Shown here piece by piece: positions 43,701 to 55,764 of a stretch of 64,000 bases of DNA (position 1 is its first letter; each line of letters opens with the position of its first letter). Origin of the DNA: Eledone cirrhosa (Eukaryota); assembly GCA_964016885.1 (NCBI GenBank), contig OZ024752.1:25110001-25174000 (forward strand). The letters are read 5' to 3'. The position numbers and the translations under genes were made by a program. The notes beneath the pieces are model-generated. The model saw only the letters and a list, made by a program, of their open reading frames with translations. It was not told the DNA's origin and made no database searches.

Positions 43701-44309
43701 TACCCTATGCTATGACGGATGTCTCCGCCTCGACGACATGCCGTCTAGAACTCGTCCGCCCCGCCTGCACGTTAACGCCCGCGCTCCGTCTTCCGCCTCC
43801 GATGCGTGTTCTGCCCGTAAAGTCTTGCCAACTTGGCCGCCTCCGACCCGTGTGTGGCTGCAGGGGAATCCAGCCGACGACGACGCCCGGACGGGGCGTC
43901 GTGGTGGTAGCTTGGCTTGGTCGATGCGACGACAACACGCCGCCCAAACTTGCTTCCTTCGGGGAGGCCCCGTGTAGACGGCGGAAAGAAATCCATTCCG
44001 CCGGCTAGGCGGTTCCGCCGCCGACCCGTACTTTTACGAGTAGCTGCCGGGAAAGAGAGGCGGCAAGACGGCGTGTATACCCGTCGCGAGGCGAAGTTCC
44101 GCGACGCGACACGACGCCTTCCGTCTTCCGCCTCGAACCCGGCAAACGTTCCTTTATTCGTTCTCGCCCTTGCCGCTTCGATGGCGAGAAAGTTCGCAAC
44201 CCGCCGGCGAGGCGTATCCGCCGCCGACCCGTAGGGCTGCGCAACGCCTGCGGGGAATACCACCGAGTAGGGATTTTGCAGCACGGCCAGGGGGTTCTGT
44301 CTATTATAT
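28746..44309 (+). repeat. Higher-order repeat block C (rearranged third copy)
   Basis: The first 12 monomers match block B. Units at 40765, 41476, 42187, 42894 and 43612 match the block B units at 20947, 21658, 22369, 23076 and 23794 (offset 19818 bp), with extra monomers in between. Confidence 0.8.
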
Positions 44310-47300
44310 AGGGTAGGCTTGATCGGACGAGCTCGAAGAAAACGATTCCGGGTGCTACCCGTCGAGAGTCGTGAATATTCCGTTTACAAGACGGGTACGT
44401 GCCGGCCTACCCTATGCTGTGACGGATGTCTCCGCCTCGACGACATGCCGTCTAGAACTCGTCCGCCCCGCCTGCACGTTAACGCCCGCCCTCCGCCTCC
44501 GCTCCGTCTTCCGCCTCCGATGCGTGTTCTGCCCGTAAAGTCTTGCCAACTTGGCCGCCTCCGACCCGTGTGTGGCTGCAGGGGAATCCAGCCGACGACG
44601 ACGCCCGGACGGGGCGTCGTGGTGGTAGCTTGGCTTGGTCGATGCGACGACAACACGCCGCCCAAACTTGCTTCCTTCGGGGAGGCCCCGTGTAGACGGC
44701 GGAAAGAAATCCATTCCGCCGGCTAGGCGGTTCCGCCGCCGACCCGTACTTTTACGAGTAGCTGCCGGGAAAGAGAAGCGGCAAGACGGCGTGTATACCC
44801 GTCGCGAGGCGAAGTTCCGCGACGCGACACGACGCCTTCCGTCTTCCGCCTCGAACCCGGCAAACGTTCCTTTATTCGTTCTCGCCTTGCCGCTTCGATG
44901 GCGAGAAAGTTCGCAACCCGCCGGCGAGGCGTATCCGCCGCCGACCCGTAGGGCTGCGCAACGCCTGCGGGGAATACCACCGAGTAGGGATTTTGCAGCA
45001 CGGCCAGGGGGTTCTGTCTATTATATAGGGTAGGCTTGATCGGACGAGCTCGAAGAAAACGATTCCGGGTGCTACCCGTCGAGAGTCGTGAATATTCCGT
45101 TTTCAAGACGGGTACGTGCCGGCCTACCCTATGCTATGACGGATGTCTCCGCCTCGACGACATGCCGTCTAGAACTCGTCCGCCCCGCCTGCACGTTAAC
45201 GCCCGCCCTCCGCCTCCGCTCCGTCTTCCGCCTCCGATGCGTGTTCTGCCCGTAAAGTCTTGCCAACTTGGCCGCCTCCGACCCGTGTGTGGCTGCAGGG
45301 GAATCCAGCCGACGACGACGCCCGGACGGGGCGTCGTGGTGGTAGCTTGGCTTGGTCGATGCGACGACAACACGCCGCCCAAACTTGCTTCCTTCGGGGA
45401 GGCCCCGTGTAGACGGCGGAAAGAAATCCATTCCGCCGGCTAGGCGGTTCCGCCGCCGACCCGTACTTTTACGAGTAGCTGCCGGGAAAGAGAAGCGGCA
45501 AGACGGCGTGTATACCCGTCGCGAGGCGAAGTTCCGCGACGCGACACGACGCCTTCCGTCTTCCGCCTCGAACCCGGCAAACGTTCCTTTATTCGTTCTC
45601 GCCTTGCCGCTTCGATGGCGAGAAAGTTCGCAACCCGCCGGCGAGGCGTATCCGCCGCCGACCCGTAGGGCTGCGCAACGCCTGCGGGGAATACCACCGA
45701 GTAGGGATTTTGCAGCACGGCCAGGGGGTTCTGTCTATTATATAGGGTAGGCTTGATCGGACGAGCTCGAAGAAAACGATTCCGGGTGCTACCCGTCGAG
45801 AGTCGTGAATATTCCGTTTTCAAGACGGGTACGTGCCGGCCTACCCTATGCTATGACGGATGTCTCCGCCTCGACGACATGCCGTCTAGAACTCGTCCGC
45901 CCCGCCTGCACGTTAACGCCCGCCCTCCGCCTCCGCTCCGTCTTCCGCCTCCGATGCGTGTTCTGCCCGTAAAGTCTTGCCAACTTGGCCGCCTCCGACC
46001 CGTGTGTGGCTGCAGGGGAATCCAGCCGACGACGACGCCCGGACGGGGCGTCGTGGTGGTAGCTTGGCTTGGTCGATGCGACGACAACACGCCGCCCAAA
46101 CTTGCTTCCTTCGGGGAGGCCCCGTGTAGACGGCGGAAAGAAATCCATTCCGCCGGCTAGGCGGTTCCGCCGCCGACCCGTACTTTTACGAGTAGCTGCC
46201 GGGAAAGAGAGGCGGCAAGACGGCGTGTATACCCGTCGCGAGGCGAAGTTCCGCGACGCGACACGACGCCTTCCGTCTTCCGCCTCGAACCCGGCAAACG
46301 TTCCTTTATTCGTTCTCGCCTTGCCGCTTCGATGGCGAGAAAGTTCGCAACCCGCCGGCGAGGCGTATCCGCCGCCGACCCGTAGGGCTGCGCAACGCCT
46401 GCGGGGAATACCACCGAGTAGGGATTTTGCAGCACGGCCAGGGGGTTCTGTCTATTATATAGGGTAGGCTTGATCGGACGAGCTCGAAGAAAACGATTCC
46501 GGGTGCTACCCGTCGAGAGTCGTGAATATTCCGTTTACAAGACGGGTACGTGCCGGCCTACCCTATGCTGTGACGGATGTCTCCGCCTCGACGACATGCC
46601 GTCTAGAACTCGTCCGCCCCGCCTGCACGTTAACGCCCGCCCTCCGCCTCCGCTCCGTCTTCCGCCTCCGATGCGTGTTCTGCCCGTAAAGTCTTGCCAA
46701 CTTGGCCGCCTCCGACCCGTGTGTGGCTGCAGGGGAATCCAGCCGACGACGACGCCCGGACGGGGCGTCGTGGTGGTAGCTTGGCTTGGTCGATGCGACG
46801 ACAACACGCCGCCCAAACTTGCTTCCTTCGGGGAGGCCCCGTGTAGACGGCGGAAAGAAATCCATTCCGCCGGCTAGGCGGTTCCGCCGCCGACCCGTAC
46901 TTTTACGAGTAGCTGCCGGGAAAGAGAAGCGGCAAGACGGCGTGTATACCCGTCGCGAGGCGAAGTTCCGCGACGCGACACGACGCCTTCCGTCTTCCGC
47001 CTCGAACCCGGCAAACGTTCCTTTATTCGTTCTCGCCTTGCCGCTTCGATGGCGAGAAAGTTCGCAACCCGCCGGCGAGGCGTATCCGCCGCCGACCCGT
47101 AGGGCTGCGCAACGCCTGCGGGGAATACCACCGAGTAGGGATTTTGCAGCACGGCCAGGGGGTTCTGTCTATTATATAGGGTAGGCTTGATCGGACGAGC
47201 TCGAAGAAAACGATTCCGGGTGCTACCCGTCGAGAGTCGTGAATATTCCGTTTACAAGACGGGTACGTGCCGGCCTACCCTATGCTATGACGGATGTCTC

Positions 47301-47589
47301 CGCCTCGACGACATGCCGTCTAGAACTCGTCCGCCCCGCCTGCACGTTAACGCCCGCCCTCCGCCTCCGATGCCGTGTTCCGCCTCCGATGCGTGTTCTG
47401 CCCGTAAAGTCTTGCCAACTTGGCCGCCTCCGACCCGTGTGTGGCTGCAGGGGAATCCAGCCGACGACGACGCCCGGACGGGGCGTCGTGGTGGTAGCTT
47501 GGCTTGGTCGATGCGACGACAACACGCCGCCCAAACTTGCTTCCTTCGGGGAGGCCCCGTGTAGACGGCGGAAAGAAATCCATTCCGCC

Positions 47590-47865
47590 GGCTAGGCGGC
47601 CGGCTAGGCGGTTCCGCCGCCGACCCGTACTTTTACGAGTAGCTGCCGGGATAGACAAACGGCAAGACGGCGGCGTGTACACGCGACGCGAGGCGAAGTT
47701 ATGCGACGCGACACGACGCCTACAACCCGGCAAACGTTCCTTTATTCGTCCACGCCTTCCCGCTTCGATAGCGAGAAAGTAATCAATCCGCCGTCGAGGC
47801 GGTTCCGCCGCCGACCCGTAAGCTTACGGGTCGGCAGCGGGGAATACGACCGTCCAGGGCCTTTG
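47590..47865 (+). repeat. Strongly diverged segment within a single monomer
   Basis: It has many substitutions and indels relative to the consensus (GGGATAGACAAACGG, GTGTACACGCGACG, AAAGTAATCAATCCG, CCGTAAGCTTACGGG, GACCGTCCAGGGCC), while the flanks and promoter core are consensus. Confidence 0.92.
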
Positions 47866-50800
47866 CAGCACGGCCAGGGGGTTCTGTCTATTATATAGGG
47901 TAGGCTTGATCGGACGAGCTCGAAGAAAACGATTCCGGGTGCTACCCGTCGAGAGTCGTGAATATTCCGTTTACAAGACGGGTACGTGCCGGCCTACCCT
48001 ATGCTATGACGGATGTCTCCGCCTCGACGACATGCCGTCTAGAACTCGTCCGCCCCGCCTGCACGTTAACGCCCGCCCTCCGCCTCCGATGCCGTGTTCC
48101 GCCTCCGATGCGTGTTCTGCCCGTAAAGTCTTGCCAACTTGGCCGCCTCCGACCCGTGTGTGGCTGCAGGGGAATCCAGCCGACGACGACGCCCGGACGG
48201 GGCGTCGTGGTGGTAGCTTGGCTTGGTCGATGCGACGACAACACGCCGCCGCCCAAACTTGCTTCCTTCGGGGAGGCCCCGTGTAGACGGCGGAAAGAAA
48301 TCCATTCCGCCGGCTAGGCGGTTCCGCCGCCGACCCGTACTTTTACGAGTAGCTGCCGGGAAAGAGAGGCGGCAAGACGGCGTGTATACCCGTCGCGAGG
48401 CGAAGTTCCGCGACGCGACACGACGCCTTCCGTCTTCCGCCTCGAACCCGGCAAACGTTCTCGCCCCTTGCCGCTTCGATGGCGAGAAAGTTCGCAACCC
48501 GCCGGCGAGGCGTATCCGCCGCCGACCCGTAGGGCTGCGCAACGCCTGCGGGGAATACCACCGAGTAGGGATTTTGCAGCACGGCCAGGGGGTTCTGTCT
48601 ATTATATAGGGTAGGCTTGATCGGACGAGCTCGAAGAAAACGATTCCGGGTGCTACCCGTCGAGAGTCGTGAATATTCCGTTTACAAGACGGGTACGTGC
48701 CGGCCTACCCTATGCTATGACGGATGTCTCCGCCTCGACGACATGCCGTCTAGAACTCGTCCGCCCCGCCTGCACGTTAACGCCCGCCCTCCGCCTCCGA
48801 TGCCGTGTTCCGCCTCCGATGCGTGTTCTGCCCGTAAAGTCTTGCCAACTTGGCCGCCTCCGACCCGTGTGTGGCTGCAGGGGAATCCAGCCGACGACGA
48901 CGCCCGGACGGGGCGTCGTGGTGGTAGCTTGGCTTGGTCGATGCGACGACAACACGCCGCCCAAACTTGCTTCCTTCGGGGAGGCCCCGTGTAGACGGCG
49001 GAAAGAAATCCATTCCGCCGGCTAGGCGGTTCCGCCGCCGACCCGTACTTTTACGAGTAGCTGCCGGGAAAGAGAGGCGGCAAGACGGCGTGTATACCCG
49101 TCGCGAGGCGAAGTTCCGCGACGCGACACGACGCCTTCCGTCTTCCGCCTCGAACCCGGCAAACGTTCTCGCCCTTGCCGCTTCGATGGCGAGAAAAGTT
49201 CGCAACCCGCCGGCGAGGCGTATCCGCCGCCGACCCGTAGGGCTGCGCAACGCCTGCGGGGAATACCACCGAGTAGGGATTTTGCAGCACGGCCAGGGGG
49301 TTCTGTCTATTATATAGGGTAGGCTTGATCGGACGAGCTCGAAGAAAACGATTCCGGGTGCTACCCGTCGAGAGTCGTGAATATTCCGTTTACAAGACGG
49401 GTACGTGCCGGCCTACCCTATGCTATGACGGATGTCTCCGCCTCGACGACATGCCGTCTAGAACTCGTCCGCCCCGCCTGCACGTTAACGCCCGCCCTCC
49501 GCCTCCGATGCCGTGTTCCGCCTCCGATGCGTGTTCTGCCCGTAAAGTCTTGCCAACTTGGCCGCCTCCGACCCGTGTGTGGCTGCAGGGGAATCCAGCC
49601 GACGACGACGCCCGGACGGGGCGTCGTGGTGGTAGCTTGGCTTGGTCGATGCGACGACAACACGCCGCCGCCCAAACTTGCTTCCTTCGGGGAGGCCCCG
49701 TGTAGACGGCGGAAAGAAATCCATTCCGCCGGCTAGGCGGTTCCGCCGCCGACCCGTACTTTTACGAGTAGCTGCCGGGAAAGAGAGGCGGCAAGACGGC
49801 GTGTATACCCGTCGCGAGGCGAAGTTCCGCGACGCGACACGACGCCTTCCGTCTTCCGCCTCGAACCCGGCAAACGTTCTCGCCCCTTGCCGCTTCGATG
49901 GCGAGAAAGTTCGCAACCCGCCGGCGAGGCGTATCCGCCGCCGACCCGTAGGGCTGCGCAACGCCTGCGGGGAATACCACCGAGTAGGGATTTTGCAGCA
50001 CGGCCAGGGGGTTCTGTCTATTATATAGGGTAGGCTTGATCGGACGAGCTCGAAGAAAACGATTCCGGGTGCTACCCGTCGAGAGTCGTGAATATTCCGT
50101 TTACAAGACGGGTACGTGCCGGCCTACCCTATGCTATGACGGATGTCTCCGCCTCGACGACATGCCGTCTAGAACTCGTCCGCCCCGCCTGCACGTTAAC
50201 GCCCGCCCTCCGCCTCCGATGCCGTGTTCCGCCTCCGATGCGTGTTCTGCCCGTAAAGTCTTGCCAACTTGGCCGCCTCCGACCCGTGTGTGGCTGCAGG
50301 GGAATCCAGCCGACGACGACGCCCGGACGGGGCGTCGTGGTGGTAGCTTGGCTTGGTCGATGCGACGACAACACGCCGCCCAAACTTGCTTCCTTCGGGG
50401 AGGCCCCGTGTAGACGGCGGAAAGAAATCCATTCCGCCGGCTAGGCGGTTCCGCCGCCGACCCGTACTTTTACGAGTAGCTGCCGGGAAAGAGAGGCGGC
50501 AAGACGGCGTGTATACCCGTCGCGAGGCGAAGTTCCGCGACGCGACACGACGCCTTCCGTCTTCCGCCTCGAACCCGGCAAACGTTCCTTTATTCGTTCT
50601 CGCCCTTGTCGCTTCGATGGCGAGAAAGTTCGCAACCCGCCGGCGAGGCGTATCCGCCGCCGACCCGTAGGGCTGCGCAACGCCTGCGGGGAATACCACC
50701 GAGTAGGGATTTTGCAGCACGGCCAGGGGGTTCTGTCTATTATATAGGGTAGGCTTGATCGGACGAGCTCGAAGAAAACGATTCCGGGTGCTACCCGTCG

Positions 50801-53800
50801 AGAGTCGTGAATATTCCGTTTACAAGACGGGTACGTGCCGGCCTACCCTATGCTATGACGGATGTCTCCGCCTCGACGACATGCCGTCTAGAACTCGTCC
50901 GCCCCGCCTGCACGTTAACGCCCGCCCTCCGCCTCCGATGCCGTGTTCCGCCTCCGATGCGTGTTCTGCCCGTAAAGTCTTGCCAACTTGGCCGCCTCCG
51001 ACCCGTGTGTGGCTGCAGGGGAATCCAGCCGACGACGACGCCCGGACGGGGCGTCGTGGTGGTAGCTTGGCTTGGTCGATGCGACGACAACACGCCGCCC
51101 AAACTTGCTTCCTTCGGGGAGGCCCCGTGTAGACGGCGGAAAGAAATCCATTCCGCCGGCTAGGCGGTTCCGCCGCCGACCCGTACTTTTACGAGTAGCT
51201 GCCGGGAAAGAGAAGCGGCAAGACGGCGTGTATACCCGTCGCGAGGCGAAGTTCCGCGACGCGACACGACGCCTTCCGTCTTCCGCCTCGAACCCGGCAA
51301 ACGTTCCTTTATTCGTTCTCGCCCTTGTCGCTTCGATGGCGAGAAAGTTCGCAACCCGCCGGCGAGGCGTATCCGCCGCCGACCCGTAGGGCTGCGCAAC
51401 GCCTGCGGGGAATACCACCGAGTAGGGATTTTGCAGCACGGCCAGGGGGTTCTGTCTATTATATAGGGTAGGCTTGATCGGACGAGCTCGAAGAAAACGA
51501 TTCCGGGTGCTACCCGTCGAGAGTCGTGAATATTCCGTTTACAAGACGGGTACGTGCCGGCCTACCCTATGCTATGACGGATGTCTCCGCCTCGACGACA
51601 TGCCGTCTAGAACTCGTCCGCCCCGCCTGCACGTTAACGCCCGCCCTCCGCCTCCGATGCCGTGTTCCGCCTCCGATGCGTGTTCTGCCCGTAAAGTCTT
51701 GCCAACTTGGCCGCCTCCGACCCGTGTGTGGCTGCAGGGGAATCCAGCCGACGACGACGCCCGGACGGGGCGTCGTGGTGGTAGCTTGGCTTGGTCGATG
51801 CGACGACAACACGCCGCCCAAACTTGCTTCCTTCGGGGAGGCCCCGTGTAGACGGCGGAAAGAAATCCATTCCGCCGGCTAGGCGGTTCCGCCGCCGACC
51901 CGTACTTTTACGAGTAGCTGCCGGGAAAGAGAAGCGGCAAGACGGCGTGTATACCCGTCGCGAGGCGAAGTTCCGCGACGCGACACGACGCCTTCCGTCT
52001 TCCGCCTCGAACCCGGCAAACGTTCTCGCCCCTTGCCGCTTCGATGGCGAGAAAGTTCGCAACCCGCCGGCGAGGCGTATCCGCCGCCGACCCGTAGGGC
52101 TGCGCAACGCCTGCGGGGAATACCACCGAGTAGGGATTTTGCAGCACGGCCAGGGGGTTCTGTCTATTATATAGGGTAGGCTTGATCGGACGAGCTCGAA
52201 GAAAACGATTCCGGGTGCTACCCGTCGAGAGTCGTGAATATTCCGTTTTCAAGACGGGTACGTGCCGGCCTACCCTATGCTGTGACGGATGTCTCCGCCT
52301 CGACGACATGCCGTCTAGAACTCGTCCGCCCCGCCTGCACGTTAACGCCCGCCCTCCGCCTCCGCTCCGTCTTCCGCCTCCGATGCGTGTTCTGCCCGTA
52401 AAGTCTTGCCAACTTGGCCGCCTCCGACCCGTGTGTGGCTGCAGGGGAATCCAGCCGACGACGACGCCCGGACGGGGCGTCGTGGTGGTAGCTTGGCTTG
52501 GTCGATGCGACGACAACACGCCGCCCAAACTTGCTTCCTTCGGGGAGGCCCCGTGTAGACGGCGGAAAGAAATCCATTCCGCCGGCTAGGCGGTTCCGCC
52601 GCCGACCCGTACTTTTACGAGTAGCTGCCGGGAAAGAGAAGCGGCAAGACGGCGTGTATACCCGTCGCGAGGCGAAGTTCCGCGACGCGACACGACGCCT
52701 TCCGTCTTCCGCCTCGAACCCGGCAAACGTTCTCGCCCCTTGCCGCTTCGATGGCGAGAAAGTTCGCAACCCGCCGGCGAGGCGTATCCGCCGCCGACCC
52801 GTAGGGCTGCGCAACGCCTGCGGGGAATACCACCGAGTAGGGATTTTGCAGCACGGCCAGGGGGTTCTGTCTATTATATAGGGTAGGCTTGATCGGACGA
52901 GCTCGAAGAAAACGATTCCGGGTGCTACCCGTCGAGAGTCGTGAATATTCCGTTTACAAGACGGGTACGTGCCGGCCTACCCTATGCTATGACGGATGTC
53001 TCCGCCTCGACGACATGCCGTCTAGAACTCGTCCGCCCCGCCTGCACGTTAACGCCCGCCCTCCGCCTCCGATGCCGTGTTCCGCCTCCGATGCGTGTTC
53101 TGCCCGTAAAGTCTTGCCAACTTGGCCGCCTCCGACCCGTGTGTGGCTGCAGGGGAATCCAGCCGACGACGACGCCCGGACGGGGCGTCGTGGTGGTAGC
53201 TTGGCTTGGTCGATGCGACGACAACACGCCGCCCAAACTTGCTTCCTTCGGGGAGGCCCCGTGTAGACGGCGGAAAGAAATCCATTCCGCCGGCTAGGCG
53301 GTTCCGCCGCCGACCCGTACTTTTACGAGTAGCTGCCGGGAAAGAGAAGCGGCAAGACGGCGTGTATACCCGTCGCGAGGCGAAGTTCCGCGACGCGACA
53401 CGACGCCTTCCGTCTTCCGCCTCGAACCCGGCAAACGTTCCTTTATTCGTTCTCAGCCTTGCCGCTTCGATGGCGAGAAAGTTCGCAACCCGCCGGCGAG
53501 GCGTATCCGCCGCCGACCCGTAGGGCTGCGCAACGCCTGCGGGGAATACCACCGAGTAGGGATTTTGCAGCACGGCCAGGGGGTTCTGTCTATTATATAG
53601 GGTAGGCTTGATCGGACGAGCTCGAAGAAAACGATTCCGGGTGCTACCCGTCGAGAGTCGTGAATATTCCGTTTTCAAGACGGGTACGTGCCGGCCTACC
53701 CTATGCTATGACGGATGTCTCCGCCTCGACGACATGCCGTCTAGAACTCGTCCGCCCCGCCTGCACGTTAACGCCCGCCCTCCGCCTCCGCTCCGTCTTC

Positions 53801-55224
53801 CGCCTCCGATGCGTGTTCTGCCCGTAAAGTCTTGCCAACTTGGCCGCCTCGGACCCGTGTGTGGCTGCAGGGGAATCCAGCCGACGACGACGCCCGGACG
53901 GGGCGTCGTGGTGGTAGCTTGGCTTGGTCGATGCGACGACAACACGCCGCCCAAACTTGCTTCCTTCGGGGAGGCCCCGTGTAGACGGCGGAAAGAAATC
54001 CATTCCGCCGGCTAGGCGGTTCCGCCGCCGACCCGTACTTTTACGAGTAGCTGCCGGGAAAGAGAAGCGGCAAGACGGCGTGTATACCCGTCGCGAGGCG
54101 AAGTTCCGCGACGCGACACGACGCCTTCCGTCTTCCGCCTCGAACCCGGCAAACGTTCCTTTATTCGTTCTCGCCTTGCCGCTTCGATGGCGAGAAAGTT
54201 CGCAACCCGCCGGCGAGGCGTATCCGCCGCCGACCCGTAGGGCTGCGCAACGCCTGCGGGGAATACCACCGAGTAGGGATTTTGCAGCACGGCCAGGGGG
54301 TTCTGTCTATTATATAGGGTAGGCTTGATCGGACGAGCTCGAAGAAAACGATTCCGGGTGCTACCCGTCGAGAGTCGTGAATATTCCGTTTTCAAGACGG
54401 GTACGTGCCGGCCTACCCTATGCTATGACGGATGTCTCCGCCTCGACGACATGCCGTCTAGAACTCGTCCGCCCCGCCTGCACGTTAACGCCCGCCCTCC
54501 GCCTCCGCTCCGTCTTCCGCCTCCGATGCGTGTTCTGCCCGTAAAGTCTTGCCAACTTGGCCGCCTCCGACCCGTGTGTGGCTGCAGGGGAATCCAGCCG
54601 ACGACGACGCCCGGACGGGGCGTCGTGGTGGTAGCTTGGCTTGGTCGATGCGACGACAACACGCCGCCCAAACTTGCTTCCTTCGGGGAGGCCCCGTGTA
54701 GACGGCGGAAAGAAATCCATTCCGCCGGCTAGGCGGTTCCGCCGCCGACCCGTACTTTTACGAGTAGCTGCCGGGAAAGAGAGGCGGCAAGACGGCGTGT
54801 ATACCCGTCGCGAGGCGAAGTTCCGCGACGCGACACGACGCCTTCCGTCTTCCGCCTCGAACCCGGCAAACGTTCCTTTATTCGTTCTCGCCTTGCCGCT
54901 TCGATGGCGAGAAAGTTCGCAACCCGCCGGCGAGGCGTATCCGCCGCCGACCCGTAGGGCTGCGCAACGCCTGCGGGGAATACCACCGAGTAGGGATTTT
55001 GCAGCACGGCCAGGGGGTTCTGTCTATTATATAGGGTAGGCTTGATCGGACGAGCTCGAAGAAAACGATTCCGGGTGCTACCCGTCGAGAGTCGTGAATA
55101 TTCCGTTTTCAAGACGGGTACGTGCCGGCCTACCCTATGCTGTGACGGATGTCTCCGCCTCGACGACATGCCGTCTAGAACTCGTCCGCCCCGCCTGCAC
55201 GTTAACGCCCGCCCTCCGCCTCCG

Positions 55225-55725
55225 ATGCGTGTTCCGCCGTTAAGGCGTGCCAAGTTGGCCGCCTCCGACCCGTCTGGCTGCAGGGGAATCCAGCCTGGAC
55301 GGCAGCGTGGATAAGCTTGGTCGTCGTCGTCGACGCGACGACAACACGCCGCCAACTAGCTTCCTTCGGGGAGGCCCCGTGTAGACGGCGGAAAGTAATC
55401 GAATCCGCCGCCGACCCGTACTTTTTCGAGTAGCTGCCGGGAAAGAGATGCGGCAAGACGGCGTGTACACGCGACGCGACGCCTTCCGCCTTCCGCCTCG
55501 TACCCGGTAAACGTTCCGCCGTGGCTGCAGGGGAATCCAGCCGACGACGACGCCCGAACGGCGAAGTGGTGTAGCTTCGCCGACGACACGCCGCCTTCTA
55601 TCTCTCTAGCCATTGTAGGTCCCGCATCGACAGCGGGACCGTAGCCAACCCGCCGTCTAGGCGGTTCCGCAGCCGACTCGTGGTGGGCGGATCGGCCTTG
55701 GGGGATTTGCAACGATGCCGGAGGA
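55225..55725 (+). repeat. Degenerate terminal monomer forming the upstream region of the gene promoter
   Basis: Monomer motifs are recognisable but rearranged: GGCTGCAGGGGAATCCAGCC occurs twice, and CTTCCTTCGGGGAGGCCCC and CCGCCGCCGACCCGTACTTTT are present. The segment leads into the final promoter core. Confidence 0.85.
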
Positions 55726-55764
55726 TGCAGCACGGCCAGGGGGTCCTGTCTATTATATAGGGTA
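55726..55764 (+). promoter_or_regulatory. Putative 45S pre-rRNA (RNA Pol I) gene promoter core; predicted +1 at A55759
   Basis: TGCAGCACGGCCAGGGGGTCCTGTCTATTATATAGGGTA is the last copy of the motif before 18S. It is conserved as an island with 1 mismatch to the spacer copies, while both flanks have diverged. Confidence 0.8.

Larger units (their letters stand above)
1..55758 (+). repeat. rDNA intergenic-spacer tandem array of ~708-bp monomers (about 78 units, truncated at the left edge of the window)
   Basis: Near-identical sequence recurs with a modal period of 708 bp. The 'MIGRARR' ORF starts fall at 459, 1150, 1858, 2566 ... 54325, 55042 (78 copies), with length variants from 691 to 719 bp. 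The array ends at a promoter-like motif ~2.15 kb upstream of 18S. Confidence 0.97.

Noticed and set aside
68-55733. Hundreds of repeated Arg/Pro-rich ORFs (60-218 aa) on both strands
   Set aside because: They overlap in several frames and have no recognisable domain. Monomer indels (1, 7, 10-11, 17 bp) shift their frames freely. This is expected from GC-rich, stop-poor repeat DNA.
1-55758. CRISPR-like or prokaryotic repeat system
   Set aside because: There is no short repeat with unique spacers and no cas genes. The whole unit is repeated and the context is eukaryotic rDNA.
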